The position numbers were made by a program, and so were the translations under genes. A DNA stretch of 64,000 nucleotides from assembly GCF_009914755.1 (NCBI RefSeq), contig NC_060935.1; one strand, written 5' to 3'. Source of the stretch: the human T2T-CHM13v2.0 reference genome, Homo sapiens. This document shows positions 26,301 to 41,204 of this stretch, one piece after another. Position 1 is the first letter of the stretch. Every line of letters begins with the position of its first letter. Under the pieces are notes generated by a model. That model made no database searches and had not been told where the DNA came from. It saw only the letters and a program-made list of their open reading frames with translations.

Positions 26301-29300
26301 AGCTCCTAGACTACATTTCTAGACACACCATGAGCCAGAGGGGAACCTTCTGCCTTGAAGGGAAGGATCCAGTTCTAGCAGGATTCATCACCAGCTGACT
26401 AAAGAGATGTTGGGCCTTGAACATCACTGGTACCCAGGCAGTACTTGCTGTGGGCCTTGGGTAAGACGCAGGGCTGTGCTGGCTTCAGATGTGACCCACC
26501 ACATTTTCAGCTATGGTGGCCATGGAGAGAGACTCCTGCAGAGGAAAGGAGAGAGACAAGTAAAGGGACTTTGTTTTGTACCTTGGATACCAGCTTCGCT
26601 ACAGTGGGGTAGAGCACTAAGTGGGTTCCTGGCATCCCCAGCTCCAGACTGTGGCTCCTGAACAACATCACTGGACCTTCCCTGGGCCAGGAGGAGCCCA
26701 CTGCCCTGAAGGGAGAGACCCCGGGCTGGCAGCATTCACCCCAAGCTGACTGAAGAGTCTGTAGGCTTTGAGTGAACATCAGTGGTAGCCAGGCAGTACT
26801 TGCTGCAGGCCTGGGATGGTGGTGACCATAGGGGAGAGACTCCTTCTGCATGAGGAAAAGAGAGGAAAAAGTGGGAAAGACATTGTCTTGTGGCTTGGGT
26901 GCCAGCTCAGCTACAGTACAATAGAGCACCAGATAGACTCCTACGATTCCAACTCCGGGCCCTGGTCCCAGATAGCATCTCTGGGTTTGCCCAGGGCCAG
27001 GGGGATCTTACTGTCCTGAAGGGAAGGACAGAAGCCTGGCTGAATTCAACACCTGCTAATTATAGAGCACTGCGACCTTGAGTGAACATAGGTAGGTAGC
27101 CAGGTAGTGGTCACTGTGGGCCTTTGGGCAAGAACCAGTGCGGTGGTGGCTTCAAGTCTGAGCCACCACAGTCCCAGTGGTGATGGCCACAGAGGTGCTT
27201 GTGTTACCCCTTCCCCAGCTCCAGGCAGCTTAGCACAGAGAGAGAGAGACTGTATTTGGGGGAAAATAAGGGAAGAGTACAAGAGCCTGGCTAGTAATCC
27301 AGGGAATTCTCCCAGATCTTACCCAAGATCACCAAGGCAGTAACTCTACAAGTCTGTAAGAGCCACAGCATTACTGGGCTTGGGATGCCCTCTAATGAAG
27401 ATATACGAGCAGTGACCAAAGACTTAGATTACAACACACAAGTCTCTCTGAATACTTGGAATGCCTTCCCAAGAAGGACAGGCATAAACAAGCACAGACT
27501 ACAAAGACTGCAATAAATTCCTAATTCTTCAATGCCCAGGCACCAGTGAACATCCACAAGCATCAAGACCATCCAGGAAAACACGACCTCACCAAACAAA
27601 CTAAATAAGGCAACAGTGGCCAATGCCAAAGAGATAGAGATATGTGACCTTACAAATAGAGAATTCAAAATAGGTGTTTTGAGTGAAATTTAAGATAACG
27701 CAGAGAAGCCTTTCAAAATCCTATCAAATAAATTTAACAGAAAGATGGAAATAATTAAAATGAATCAAGCAGATATTTTGGAGCTGACAAATGGAATTCA
27801 TATCCTGAAGAATTCATCAGCATATCTTAACAGCAGAATTGATCAAGCAGAATAAAGAATTAGTGAGCTTGAAGACAGGCTCCTTGAAAATACAGTCACA
27901 AGGGACAAAAGAAAAAAAAATAAAAAAAGAAGGAAGCATGCCTACAAGACCTAGAAAATAGCCTCAGTAGGGCAAATCTAAGAGTTATTAAACTTAAAGT
28001 GGAGGTAGAGAGAGAGAGGCGTAGAAAGTTTATTCAGATGGTTAATAACAGAGAACTTCTCAAACCTAGAGGAAGATATCAATATTCAAGTACAAGAAGG
28101 TTATAGAACACCAAGCAGATTTAACCGAAATAAGACTACCTCAAGATATTTAATAATCAGATTCCCGAAGGTCAAGGACAAAGAGAGGATCCTAAAAGCA
28201 GCAAGAGAAAAGAATCAAATAGCATGCAAAGGAGCTCTAATGTGTCTGGCACCAGCCTTCCCAGTGGAAACCTTACAGGCCAGGAAAGAGTAGCATGACA
28301 TATTTAAAGTGCTGAAGGAAAAAAATCTTATTCTAGAATAGTATATCCAGCAAAAAATATCCTTCAAATATGAAGGAGAAATAAAGACTTTTCCAGACAA
28401 ATACAAGCTGAGGGAGTTCATCAACCAGACCTGTCCTACAAGAAATACTAAAGGTACTTCCTCTGTCTGAAAGAAAAGTACATTAATGAGCAATAAGAAA
28501 CCGTCTGAAGGTACAAAATTCACCGTTAACGATAAGTACACAGAAAAACTCATAACACTGTAGTTGTGGTAGGTAAACTACTTGTATCCTGAGAAGAGAG
28601 AGTAAATGATGAACCTATAAAAAGTAATTGCTACAATAACACTTCAAGAAATAGGCAGTATAATAAGATATAAAATAGAAACAAACATTTAAAAAGCAGG
28701 AGGATGAAGTAAAAGTTCAGAGTTTTTATTAGTTATCTCTTTGCTTGTTAGTTTATGCAATCAGTGTTGTCATCAGTTTAAAATAATAGGTTGTAAGATA
28801 GTATTTGCAAACCTCATGATAACCTCAAATCAAAAAACATACAATGGCTACACAAAAAATAAAAAGCAAAAATTAAAACATACCACCGGAGAAAATCACC
28901 TTCACTGTAAGGAAGACAGGAAGGAAGGAAAGAAGAGAAAACCACAAAACAACCAGAAAACAGATAACAAAATGGCAGGAGTAAGTCCTTACTTATCAAT
29001 AATAACATTGAATGTAAATGGACTAAACTCTCCAAAACGAAATACTGGCTGAATGAATTAGAAAAAACAAGACCCAACCATCTGTTGCCTACAAGAAACC
29101 CACTTCACCTATAGAGAAACACATAGACTTAAAGGGATGTAGAAATACATTCCATGCAAATTGAAACAAACAAACAAACAAAGAGTAAAAGGAGCTATAC
29201 TTATATCAAACAAAATAGATTTCAAGAAAAAAACTATAAAAAGAGACAAGGTCATATAGTGATAAAGGAGTTAATGCAGCAAGATGATATAACAATTGTA

Positions 29301-29954
29301 AATACATATACACCAAATAGATATCTAGAGCAGCCAGATATATAAAGCAAACATTATTAGAGCTAAAGAGAGAGGTAGAACCCAATACAGTAATAGCTGG
29401 AGACTTCAACATCCCACTTTCATCATTGGACAGATCTTCCAGACAGAAAATTAACAAACATCAGACTTAATCAGCACCTATAGACCAAATGGACCTACCT
29501 GATAGATATTTACTGAACATTTCATCTAACAGCTGCAGAATAAATATTCTTCTCATCAGCACATGTATCATTCTCCAAGACAGACAATATGTTAGGTCAC
29601 AAAACAATTTTTTAAAATTCAAACAAGTCTAAATAATATCAAGCATATTCTCCAGCCACAATGGAGTAAAACTAGAAATCAATAACAAGGAATTTTGGAA
29701 ACTATATAAATACATGGAAATTAAACAACATACTCCTGAATGATCAGTGGGTCAATGAAGAAATTAAGAAGGAAATTGAAAAATTTCTTGAAACAAATGT
29801 TAAAAGGAAACACAACATACCAAAACCTATGGAATAAAGCAAAAGCAGTACTAAGAGGGAAGTTTATAGCAATAGGTGCCCACATGAAAAAAGGAGAACC
29901 AAAACCTGAACAGACCAATAATAAGTAACGAGATCGAAGATGTAATAAAATCAA

Positions 29955-30256
<302 letters not shown>

Positions 30257-30261
30257 TTAAA

Positions 30262-30633
<372 letters not shown>

Positions 30634-32439
30634 CTAATACCAATCCTACTACACTATTCTGAAAAATAGAGGAAGAGAAAATACTTCAAAATTCGTTCTA
30701 CAAGGCCATTATTACCCTGATACCAAAACCAGACAAAGACACATCAAAAAAGGAAAACATAGGCCAATATTTCTGATGAGTATTGACGTAAAAGTCCTCA
30801 ACAGAATACTAGCAAACCAGATTCAAAAGATCATTCTTCGTGACCAAGTGGGATTTATCCCTCGGATGCAAGGATGGTTCAGCATACATAGATCAATCAA
30901 TGTGATCCATCTTATCAACAGAATGAAGAATAAAAGCCATATAATCATTTCAATTGATACTGAAAAAGTGTTTGATGAAGTTCAACATCATATCATGACA
31001 AAAACCCTTGAGAAACTGGTTATGGAAGGAACATACCTGAACATCATAAACGCCATATAGGACAAACCCACAGCTAGTATTATATTGAATAGGGAAAAAC
31101 TGAAAGGCTTTCCTCTAAGATCTGGAACATGACAAAGATCCCCACTGTCATTACTGTTATTAAGCATAGTACTGGAAGTCCTAGTTAGAGCAAACTACCC
31201 ATCTGACAAGGGGTTAATAACCAGAATGTATAAGGAGCTTAAACAATAGGGAAAAAATGTGATTTTAAAATGGGCAAAAAACTTAATAGACATTTCTTCA
31301 AAGAAGATGTACAAATGGCAAACAGGTGTATGAAAAGTTGTTCAATCAACATCATTGATCATCAGTGAAATAAAAATCAAAACTATGAAGTGATGTCATC
31401 CCACCCCAGTTAAAATGGCTTCTATTAAAAAGACAATAACAAATGCTGGCGAGGAGGTGGAGAAAAGGGAAACCTTGTACACAGTTGATGGGAATTAAAT
31501 TAGTGCAACCAGTATGGAGAACAGTTTGGAGGTTCCTCAAAAAACTTAAAGTAGAACCACCATATGATCCAGCAAATCCCACTGCTAGATATACTCCAGA
31601 AAAAGGAAATTAGTATATCAAAGAGCTATCTGCACTCCCATGTTTATGACCCCACTATTCACAATAGCCAAGATTTGGAAGCAACTTAAGTGTACATCAA
31701 CAGACAAATGGATTAAAAAATGTATATATACACAACGGAGTCCTATTCAGCCATAAAAAGTGAGATCCTGTCATTTGCAACAACATGCATGGAAAGAAGA
31801 GGACATTATATTAAGTGAAATAAGCCAGGCAGAGAAATACAAACTTTACATGTTTTTACTTATTTGTGGGAACTAAAATTAAAACAATTGAGCTCATGGA
31901 GATAGAGAATAGTATAATGGTTACCAGAGGCTGGAGAGGGTAGATAGGTGGGGGAGAGGGCAGTGGAGATGGTTAATGGTTCCAAAAATAGAGCTAGATA
32001 GAATGAGTAAGATGTATTTGATAGCACAACAGGGTGACTGCAGTCAACAATAATTTATTGTGCATTTAAAAATAACTAAAAGAGTTTAATTGGATTGTTT
32101 GTAACATAAAGGATAAATGCTTGAGGTGATGGTTACCCCATTTACCCTGCTGTGACTATTATGTGTTGTGTGCCGGTATCACAATACCGTATGTAATCCA
32201 TAAATATATAAACCTAGTATGTACTCATAAAAATTAAATATATACCAAGTCATAAGGCCCACTCCTAGTAGTTTTAGACCCAGAGAAATAAAGTCTACAT
32301 ACCAAGTGCTTGTGTATTTAAACATTATCAATCAAGGTAATATTAAATAAATATGTTGATATTCTATCTTAAAAATATTTTTTCCTTACAAATATACCTT
32401 CATATAGACCTGGAAGACCAGGATTAAATTTAGAATTCT

Positions 32440-32948
<509 letters not shown>

Positions 32949-33227
32949 GAGCCCTTCGGCTTCTATGCCCGAATACAGCAGTACAGAGACAGCTACCACT
33001 TATCCTACCTTGCTTCTCTTTCTACCCCTAACCAGAGATATAAGCTTCCTCTTGACTTCAGGTTGTTTGGGCAGGGGATTCTTGTGTCCTGAGCCCCTAC
33101 AAGGAGGAGTGAAACATAACCTATAATGGGGCACATAGGAGCCTTATATGCAGATCCTCTTAGCTAAGGACGTGGGGTATGGCAATAGAGAAGAGACCAA
33201 GAGCACTCTCTAAAAGCAGGCAAGGTG

Positions 33228-33622
33228 TGCTGTGGTTTGAATATTTGTCCTGTCTAAAACTCATGTTGATATTTAATCACTGTTGTAATGGTGTTAAGTG
33301 GTAGGAGTTTTATGGGGTGATTAGCCGTGAGGGCTCCACCCTCATGGGTAGGATTGGGGCCATTAGAAAAGGGCAAGTTCAGTTCCCTCTTACTCTCTCT
33401 TGGCCCATATCCCTGCTATGTGAAGATCCAGCATAACCCTCCTCTTCAGAGGATGCAGCGTGCATGGTGTCATCTCGGAAGCAGAGATACTGGGCTCTGA
33501 CCTGCTTGTACCTTGATCTTGGACTTCACAGCCTCCAGAACTGTGAGCCAATAAATTTCTGTTTTTTATAAATTACCCAGTCTCAGATATTTTGTTATAG
33601 CAGCATAAAGTAGACTAAGACA
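33228..33622 (+). mobile_element. MST-type MaLR solo LTR
   Basis: TGCTGTGGTTTGAAT...GACTAAGACA; perfect 5-bp TSD AGGTG. Confidence 0.9.
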
Positions 33623-33661
33623 AGGTGTAAATTAATTGTAATATATATTTATATTATTGTA

Positions 33662-34308
33662 CCATCTATTCTGGTTATTTGCTGTAATTATGTTCTTCAA
33701 AGTTGCCACAAACACTGAATTAGCAAATACTGAAACAATGATCCTAGGGGAAATGTAGGGTTACATTCCTGAGAGCCTCTGCTCACAACAGTTTCCTCAA
33801 GTGATCAATAAAAGACCTTGTTTTATGTTTGTTTTTGTTTAAAACATGTTATTTAATATATATTGTTGATTTATTTAACATTAAACTTAGGGCCAACAGC
33901 ATTGTAACTCATGCCTGAGTGACACTTACCTAAGCATATGTGTTTTCCCCATAAGGCACATCATGGGATTCTTGCTCTTAGGAACACTAACCAACACTTA
34001 CTACACTAATTGGGAGCCATTTGAAACGGCAAAATTGCCAACAAAAAGTACAAAAATGCAAAAATCATGGCACTAAATAGACTGTGAAAAGGATACTTGC
34101 AGTATGAGAGCTGAAAGAAGGAGGCATAGCATACCTTGCTTAATTTCAGCTGGGAATATGCATGTCAAGTGACTCAAGTTTTTCACCACTCTGCACATGT
34201 CACCAATGACCAAGAAAGCATTGCTAGTATTGATTTGGGGGTTACAAATAAATTTTAGGAAGTAGATGAATTTGCAAATGTGGAATCCGTGATTAACGAG
34301 GTTCAACT
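33662..34308 (+). mobile_element. MER82-like Tigger element
   Basis: AAAGTTGCCACAAACACTGAATTAGCAAATACTGAA...GAATCCGTGATTAACGAGGTTCAACT. Confidence 0.7.
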
Positions 34309-34734
34309 AATTATATTAGAGGGCTTGCTATGATGGCCCTCCTCTTCCACCACACTGTTTTTTTTTCATAATGCAGATGTTTGATATTTATAAAATAAAA
34401 ACCCAAAATACCATTGCACTCTGAAGTTAAAAAAAAGTTTCTAAACAACTCTTGACTCAAAAGAAAAATATAAAATAAAAGGAACCATATTTAACAAATA
34501 TTATGTTAGAATCTATGAAATACAGCTAAAATAATTATCAAATACAATTTATAGTATTAAATACTTATGTAAATAAGGAGAAAAAAATAAATGAATTAAA
34601 CACCCAGGTAAAAAGTTAGGAAAAGGAAAATAGAGTAAATCAAAAGAAAGCAGAAGGGAGGAATTGATATGAAGGTAAAAGCAAAAATCATGCATTAAAA
34701 TACAAAAAAAAGTAGAACAAACAAAAAGCTGTTT

Positions 34735-35402
34735 TGTTTTGTATTGTTATAACATTATTGCAGGTTACATTGCATGTTACAGGGGTTTGATGTATAGATT
34801 ATTTTGTCACTCAGGTGATAAGCATAGTACCCCCAATTGGTAATTTGTTGATCCTCACCCTCTTCCCACCCTCCACTCTCAAGTAGGAACTGGTGTCTAT
34901 TGTTCCCTTCTTTGTGTCCATGTGTACTCAGTGTTTAGCTCCACCTTAATAAATGAGAACATGCAGTACTTGGTTTTCTGTTCTTGTATTAGTGCACTTA
35001 GGAGAGTGACCTCCATCTCCATTCATGTTGCTGGAAAGGAATGATCTCATTCTTTTTTTTATGGCTACATAGTATTCCATGTTGTGTTAATATATGTACG
35101 ACATTTTGTTTATCCAGCCTAACGTTGATGGGCATTTAGGTTGATTCCTTGTCTTTACTATTGTGAGTAGTGCTGTAATGAACATACACATCCATGTCCT
35201 ATGTGTCTTTGTGGTGTAAGGATTTATAGTCCATTGGTTTTATACCCAATAATGGGATTGCTGGTCGAATGGTAGTTCTGTTTTAAGTTGTTTGAGGAAC
35301 CACCAAACTGCTTTCCACAGTAGCTGAACTTATTTGCATTCCCACTAGCAGTGTATAAGCATCCATTATTTTTTTACCTTTAAATGATAGTCATTCTGAC
35401 TG
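34735..35402 (-). mobile_element. L1PA15/16-like 3' fragment
   Basis: Antisense L1 3' UTR: GTCACTCAGGTGATAAGCATAGTACCC, AATGGGATTGCTGGTCGAATGGTAGTTCTG. Confidence 0.8.
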
Positions 35403-35759
35403 TATACCCCAATTTTTAAAAAATTTAAATTTTGTTCAAAATATATTGACTCATAATGTGTTATTTGATTTTTACAAAACACTGTGAAGTATATGGACAT
35501 ATTTTTTATTCATTGACTAAATATTAAGGGTCTTGTAACGTGTCAGGCACTGTGCTAGGTGCTATGGATTTAGTGGTGAATGTGGACAAAGGTCCTTACT
35601 CTCATGAGTAGCTTATAGTTTGGCAAATATTCTTTTCATTTTTCAAACAAGGAAATTTTATACAGTTGAATAACTTTTCTGGGATCACAAGATTTGTAAT
35701 AACAGAACCAGAATCAAAACTCAGTTTTTAGTATTTTAAAAATCAGTGTTGCTCCAGTT

Positions 35760-37105
35760 ATCTCTTGTATCTTTAATTTCCCCTTTCCATTAGCTTTTTC
35801 CACTCATCCAGTAAAAGCTCTTCAAAAAATTCTTCATTGACCTTGGTTCTTTGAACTGTCACTCCTTTCTTCTTGCCAAACATTAATTGTCTACTATCCA
35901 TTGGCTTCTCAGCCCACTCCATTTCACCACTGACAGTCTTCTAAACGGTGACTACCGAAGTGGCCAGTGTTCCTTTTTTGCCAAATGTAGTGGATTTACT
36001 GTGACATCTGATACTGTTGTAAGTCTTGAATTTTGAAATTTCTTCCTCTCTGGGCAGGAGCATGTCTTTCCTGATTATCTTCTTGCTTGTCTGACCACTG
36101 CTCTATTTTCTTTTCCAGGATCTATTCCTCTATGTGATATAAATGTCACTGTGCTTCTGAGTTTTATTTGACCCTCTTCACTTACAAGGAAATCAAGGAT
36201 TCTTCATCTGAGGCTCAGGGGACTTTGGAGGTCGGTTAGCCCCTCAATTATATGCAAATTTTTATAAGATTCTTAGAGGAGTTCATAACTCAAAAAGGTT
36301 AAGACAGACTGCTCTCTGTGTATTCCTTTAGCTTTATCTGCTGCATGAGTGACTTCCAAATTTATGTCCCCTGCTTCCTATGTTTCCCCTTGTCTGACTC
36401 CCGCCTTTGATCTTCAGCAGCCTTAGTTTAGCATAGTTCCTCAGGAGGGCTACAGTAGCACAGTAGTTTTTTTATTGCCAATCTCCCTATCTATCCTCTT
36501 ACCCATTCCATCCTACTATCAGTTTAGAATGTTTTTGTCTTTGAAACAAAAACATGATTATGTCCCTATCATGAAAATAATGTGGAGTTTTAATTAGGAA
36601 CAAATCCACATTTCTTGGCATACTAAAAAACTCTCTATGATTTGACCCCAGTCTAGCTTTTCAACTTCATCTCCCTTTTCCCTATCCAACCATTCTTTCA
36701 CTCATTCTTGGTCTGACTTACAGTTCTGCTTTTCGTAACTCTAATACCCATTTTAGTACTTTCTTGCCTTGTATTTGCTACTTCCCTCTCCCTGGAATAC
36801 CTTTCCTTCCCAATCCTACACAGTTTCTCCATAGCCAACTCTATGCATCCTTCAAAACCTAGTCATATATCACCTTTATTATAAAACCTTTCCCAACTTA
36901 TCCAAGTGAAAACTTTCTCATGCTGTCATCTTATTCATGCATCTATCCTTCCCAATGCATTATAATAAATTGTTGGCATGCCTACTCTTTACCACTAGAC
37001 TGTGAGTCCCTCAAGGATAGGGATCCCTGTTTATTCATCATGGTATCTTCATTGGCTGGCACAATGTCTGGCTTGTTGTAAGGTAGTAAATAATTTTTTT
37101 TGATG
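35760..37105 (+). mobile_element. Degenerate L2, with a possible small hAT MITE at ~36195-36310
   Basis: Pyrimidine-rich L2 body ending CACTAGACTGTGAGTCCCTCAAGGATAGGGA...GGCACAATGTCTGGC. Confidence 0.6.
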
Positions 37106-37644
37106 GATAAACATTTTTACGATGCCAGTTTTACACGTGGGTTATATTTTCTCTGAAGCACAAAACCTTAAAAGAGTTTAAAAACATTTTAAAAACCATG
37201 TTTCATTTGTTAACTTGCATAAAAGATCAATGAATCGTTGACTGCTTCTTTAGGCAATATTTTACTAAGCAATAGGTGGCAGTAGTGTGTTGTACTTGAC
37301 TTTACCTTTGTGATTTTTTTTTTTTTTTTCAGCTTTCATAATCTTAATGCAGTGTCAAAGTGTAAAGGACACAATTGCAGTACTCTGATACCTAACTTTT
37401 TGTAACATGATCATGTTTTAAGCAAGTGAGCATCTCATAGAAAATAAAGCAAAACAACAACAAAACACAGCCAAAGTCAGTCAATGTGCATCTCTTGCCT
37501 GTCTAAACTATATTCAGATTCATTAGAGAATTACAACTGCACGGTCTTAACAGCATTTCCTCACCAACTGTTTAACAGCTGCTTCAAAATAACAGTGATT
37601 TGCAATAATGAAAATCAAAAATTATCTCAGAGGATATGTGTTTC

Positions 37645-37936
37645 TTTTTTTTTTTTATTTTCCCCCGAGATGGAGTCTTGCTCTGTTGCCCAGGCTGGTG
37701 CGATCTCAGCTCACTGCAACCTCTGCCTCCTGGGTTCAAGTGATTCTCCTGCCTCAGCCTCCCGAGTAGTTGAGATTACAGGAGCGTGCCACCATGCCCA
37801 GCTAATTTTTGTATTCTCAGTAGAGATGGGATTTCATCATGTTGGCCAGGCTGGTCTCGAACTCTTGACCTCATGATCCTCCTGCCTCGGCCTCCCAAAG
37901 TGCTAGGATTATAGGCGTGAGCCACCACGCCTGGCC
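37645..37936 (-). mobile_element. Alu (AluS)
   Basis: Reverse dimer; TSD ATATGTGTTTCTT/ATATGTATTTCTT. Confidence 0.95.
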
Positions 37937-39250
37937 CAATATGTATTTCTTGGTATCCTAAGAAGCCTACTTAGGCCTTTATTTCAAAAATAGTGTATTA
38001 AGTTCATTGACTTTAACTACAGTTATTAAATGCTTTATTTTTCTTCTTTTACTCTTTTTTTTTTCCCTGTCAGTATTAAGGTCACCTATCTTGTTTATTG
38101 AGCTTCATTTAGTTGACTTTCTCTCATCATTAGGTATTTAGAATTAAGGATTGTTACCACCTCTCCAGCCTTATGCATGTAATCCCATCATTAATTTTGA
38201 ACACCTATATATGAGAATGTTACATACCTGTATACCTATATATGTTAGTATATTTCATTTCACTTGTTGTTTCCTGTAGCTTATAAAGTTAAATCAGTTG
38301 AAGTTTTATTTAAAGAATATTTGTACATTTTAGGTCCACAGGAACATTTCTGCAAATAAAAGAAATAGATAACTTTTATAGGAAACAGTTTTAGCATTGA
38401 TTCAAATAAGAGGTAGATAAAGATAATCTGTGACATTTTCTTTCTCATATCTTGTTTACTGTTTTTTTCCCATCTCAGGGGTAAAGCACCCAAGGGAATT
38501 CAAAGCCACTGAACTAGTATCATTAATATGGCAGAATGATCAAGATCAATTAATATAAGAAAAGCATGAAAGCGTTGACAGAACACACTACTTAATTAGT
38601 ACCTGATGGCCTTGGTGGCCAGAGCAAGAGCTCTGAGTTGTTGTAGGAGAGCCCCTCTATAGGATCTGTATGTGTACATCGCCACTCTTATTTAGCAGGG
38701 ATGACTTTAGTTTGACATCAGTTTCTTGAGTCCTTAATTGTATAAAAAAACATCTTTTCCCTGAACCCAGAGAGTAGGTGAAGTCAGCAAGTACCCTCCC
38801 TACTGCTAATCGTCATCTGGGGAAATTGGAGGTAAAGGGTTGATATCAGAATTCTCTCTGTAGCTTGTGTTGAATATATCATCAAAGACTTATTTGATTT
38901 GCTTTGGGGGAGTGGAGGTGTCTGGGTTTATATTTATATTGGATATTATGTAACCCACTGCACAAGATTTAAAATTGTTTTTATATCTTATGTGCAGTCA
39001 TACAGGACAGGGGTTATGCTACACTTGCATATATTCAAAAGAGAAAAAAGGCATGTTACTAACAAAAGGAATTGGTATAACATTATATTTTAGAGTTAGT
39101 AAATCTCACAGTTTAAGGTATATTATAGAGGTTTTAAAAAAGGTTTTGCCATAAATTGCCATGGATTCAGTAATTCAACCACGTATCTTAACCTTTTACA
39201 TTTCTTTATTTTTGTGAATTCTGTTTCTGCAGATCTATCTCTTAATTCTC

Positions 39251-39547
39251 TTTTTTTTTTTTTTTTTTGAGACGGAGTCTCGCTCCGTCACCCAGGCTGG
39301 AGTACAGTGGCACGATCTCAGCTCACTGCAACCCTGCCTCCTGGGTTCAAGCGATTCTTCTGCCTCAGCTTCCTGAGTAGCTGGGAGTACAGGCGCACGC
39401 CATCACGCCCAGCTAATTTTTGTATTTTTAGTAGAGACGGGATTCCAACATATTGGCCAGGCTGGCCTCGAACCCCTGACCTCGTGATCTGCCCGCCTCG
39501 GCCTCCCAAAGTGCTGGGGTTACAGGCGTGAGCCACCATGCCCAGCC
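39251..39547 (-). mobile_element. Alu inserted in the poly(A) tail of the adjacent L1
   Basis: Reverse dimer flanked on both sides by CTC-poly-T. Confidence 0.95.
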
Positions 39548-41128
39548 TCTTTTTTTTTTTTTTAACTGTTTTTTCTTTTTTTTTTTTTTTTTTTTTTACT
39601 TCAAGCTCCAGGATACATATGCAGAATGTGCAGGTTTGTTACATAGGTATACATGTGCCATGGTGGTTTGCTGCACCTATCAACTCATCATCTAGGTTTT
39701 AAGCCCCTCATACATTAGGTATTTGTCCAGATGCTCTCCCTCCCCCTGTCCTCCACCTCTCAACAGGCCCTGGTGTGTGTTGTTCCCCTCCCTGTGTCCA
39801 TGTGTTCTCATTGTTCAGCTCCCACTTATGAGTGAGAACATGTGGTGTTTGGTTTTCTGTTCCTATGTTAGTTGGCTGAGAATGATGACTTCCAGCTTCA
39901 TCCATGTCCCTGCAAAGGACATGATCTCACTCTTTTTTATGGCTGTGTAGTATTCCATGGTGTATATATGCCACATTTTCTTTATCCAATCTATCACTGA
40001 TAGGCATCTGGGTTGGTTCAAGTCTTTGCTATTGTAAATGTGCTGCATAAACATATGTGTGCATGTGTCTTTATAGCAGAATGATTTATAATCCATTGGG
40101 TATATACCCAGTAATGGGATTGCTGGGTCAAATGGTATTTCTGGTTCTAGGTCCTTGAGGAATCGCCACACTGTCTTCCACAATGGTTATTCGCAGAATT
40201 AGAAAAAACTACTCTAAATTTCATATGGAAGCAAAAAAAGAGCCTGTATAGTCAGGACAATCCTAAGCAAAAAGAACAAAGCTGGAGGTATCACGCTACC
40301 TGACTTCAAACTATACTACAAGGCTACAGTAACCAAAACAGCATGGTACTGGTACCAAAACAGATATACAGATCAATGGAACAGAACAGAGACCTTGGAA
40401 ATAACACCACACATCTACAACCATCTGATCTTTGACAAACCTGACAGAAACAAGCAATGGGGAAAAGGTTCCTTATTTAATAAATGATGCTGGGAAAACT
40501 GGCTAGCCATATGCAGAAAACTGAAACTGGACCCCTTCCTTACATCTTGTTCAAAAATTAACTCAAGATGGATTAAAGCCTTAAATGTAAAACCCAAAAC
40601 CATTAAAACCCTAGAAGAAAACCTAGGCAATACCGTTAAGGACATAGGCATGGGCAAAGACTTCATGACTAAAACACCAAAAGCAAGTGCAACACAAGCC
40701 AAAATTGACAAATGAGATCTAATTAAACTAAAGAGCTTCTGTACAGCAAAAGAAACTATCATCAGAGTGAACAGGCAACCTACAGAATGGGAGAAAATTT
40801 TTAGAATCTACCCATCTGACAAAGGTCTAATATTCAGAATCTACAAGGAACATCAATAAATTTACAAGAAAAAAACAAACAGCCCCATCAAAAAGTGGGC
40901 AAAGAATATGAACAGATACTTTTCAAAAGAAGATATTTATGTGGCCAAGAAACATGAAAAAAAGCTCATCATCACTGGTCATTAGTGAAATGCAAATCAA
41001 AACCAGGAGATACCATCTCACGCCAGTCAGAATGGTTGATTATGAAAAAGTCAGTAAACAATAGATGCTGGCAAGGCTGTGGAGAAATAGGAATGCTTTT
41101 ACACTGTTGGTGGGAGTGTAAATTAGTT
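39548..41128 (-). mobile_element. 5'-inverted L1PA (L1PA7/8-like)
   Basis: 39548-40188 is the antisense 3' end; 40189-41128 is sense ORF2. The two pieces are adjacent in the L1 consensus. TSD TCTTAATTCT at 39240-39249 and 41130-41139. Confidence 0.9.
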
Positions 41129-41204
41129 ATCTTAATTCTTTATTTGAAAAACACCAATACCTACCACAAATATTGCACAGCTTTACTGTCTTTCAGTGTT
41201 CTTT

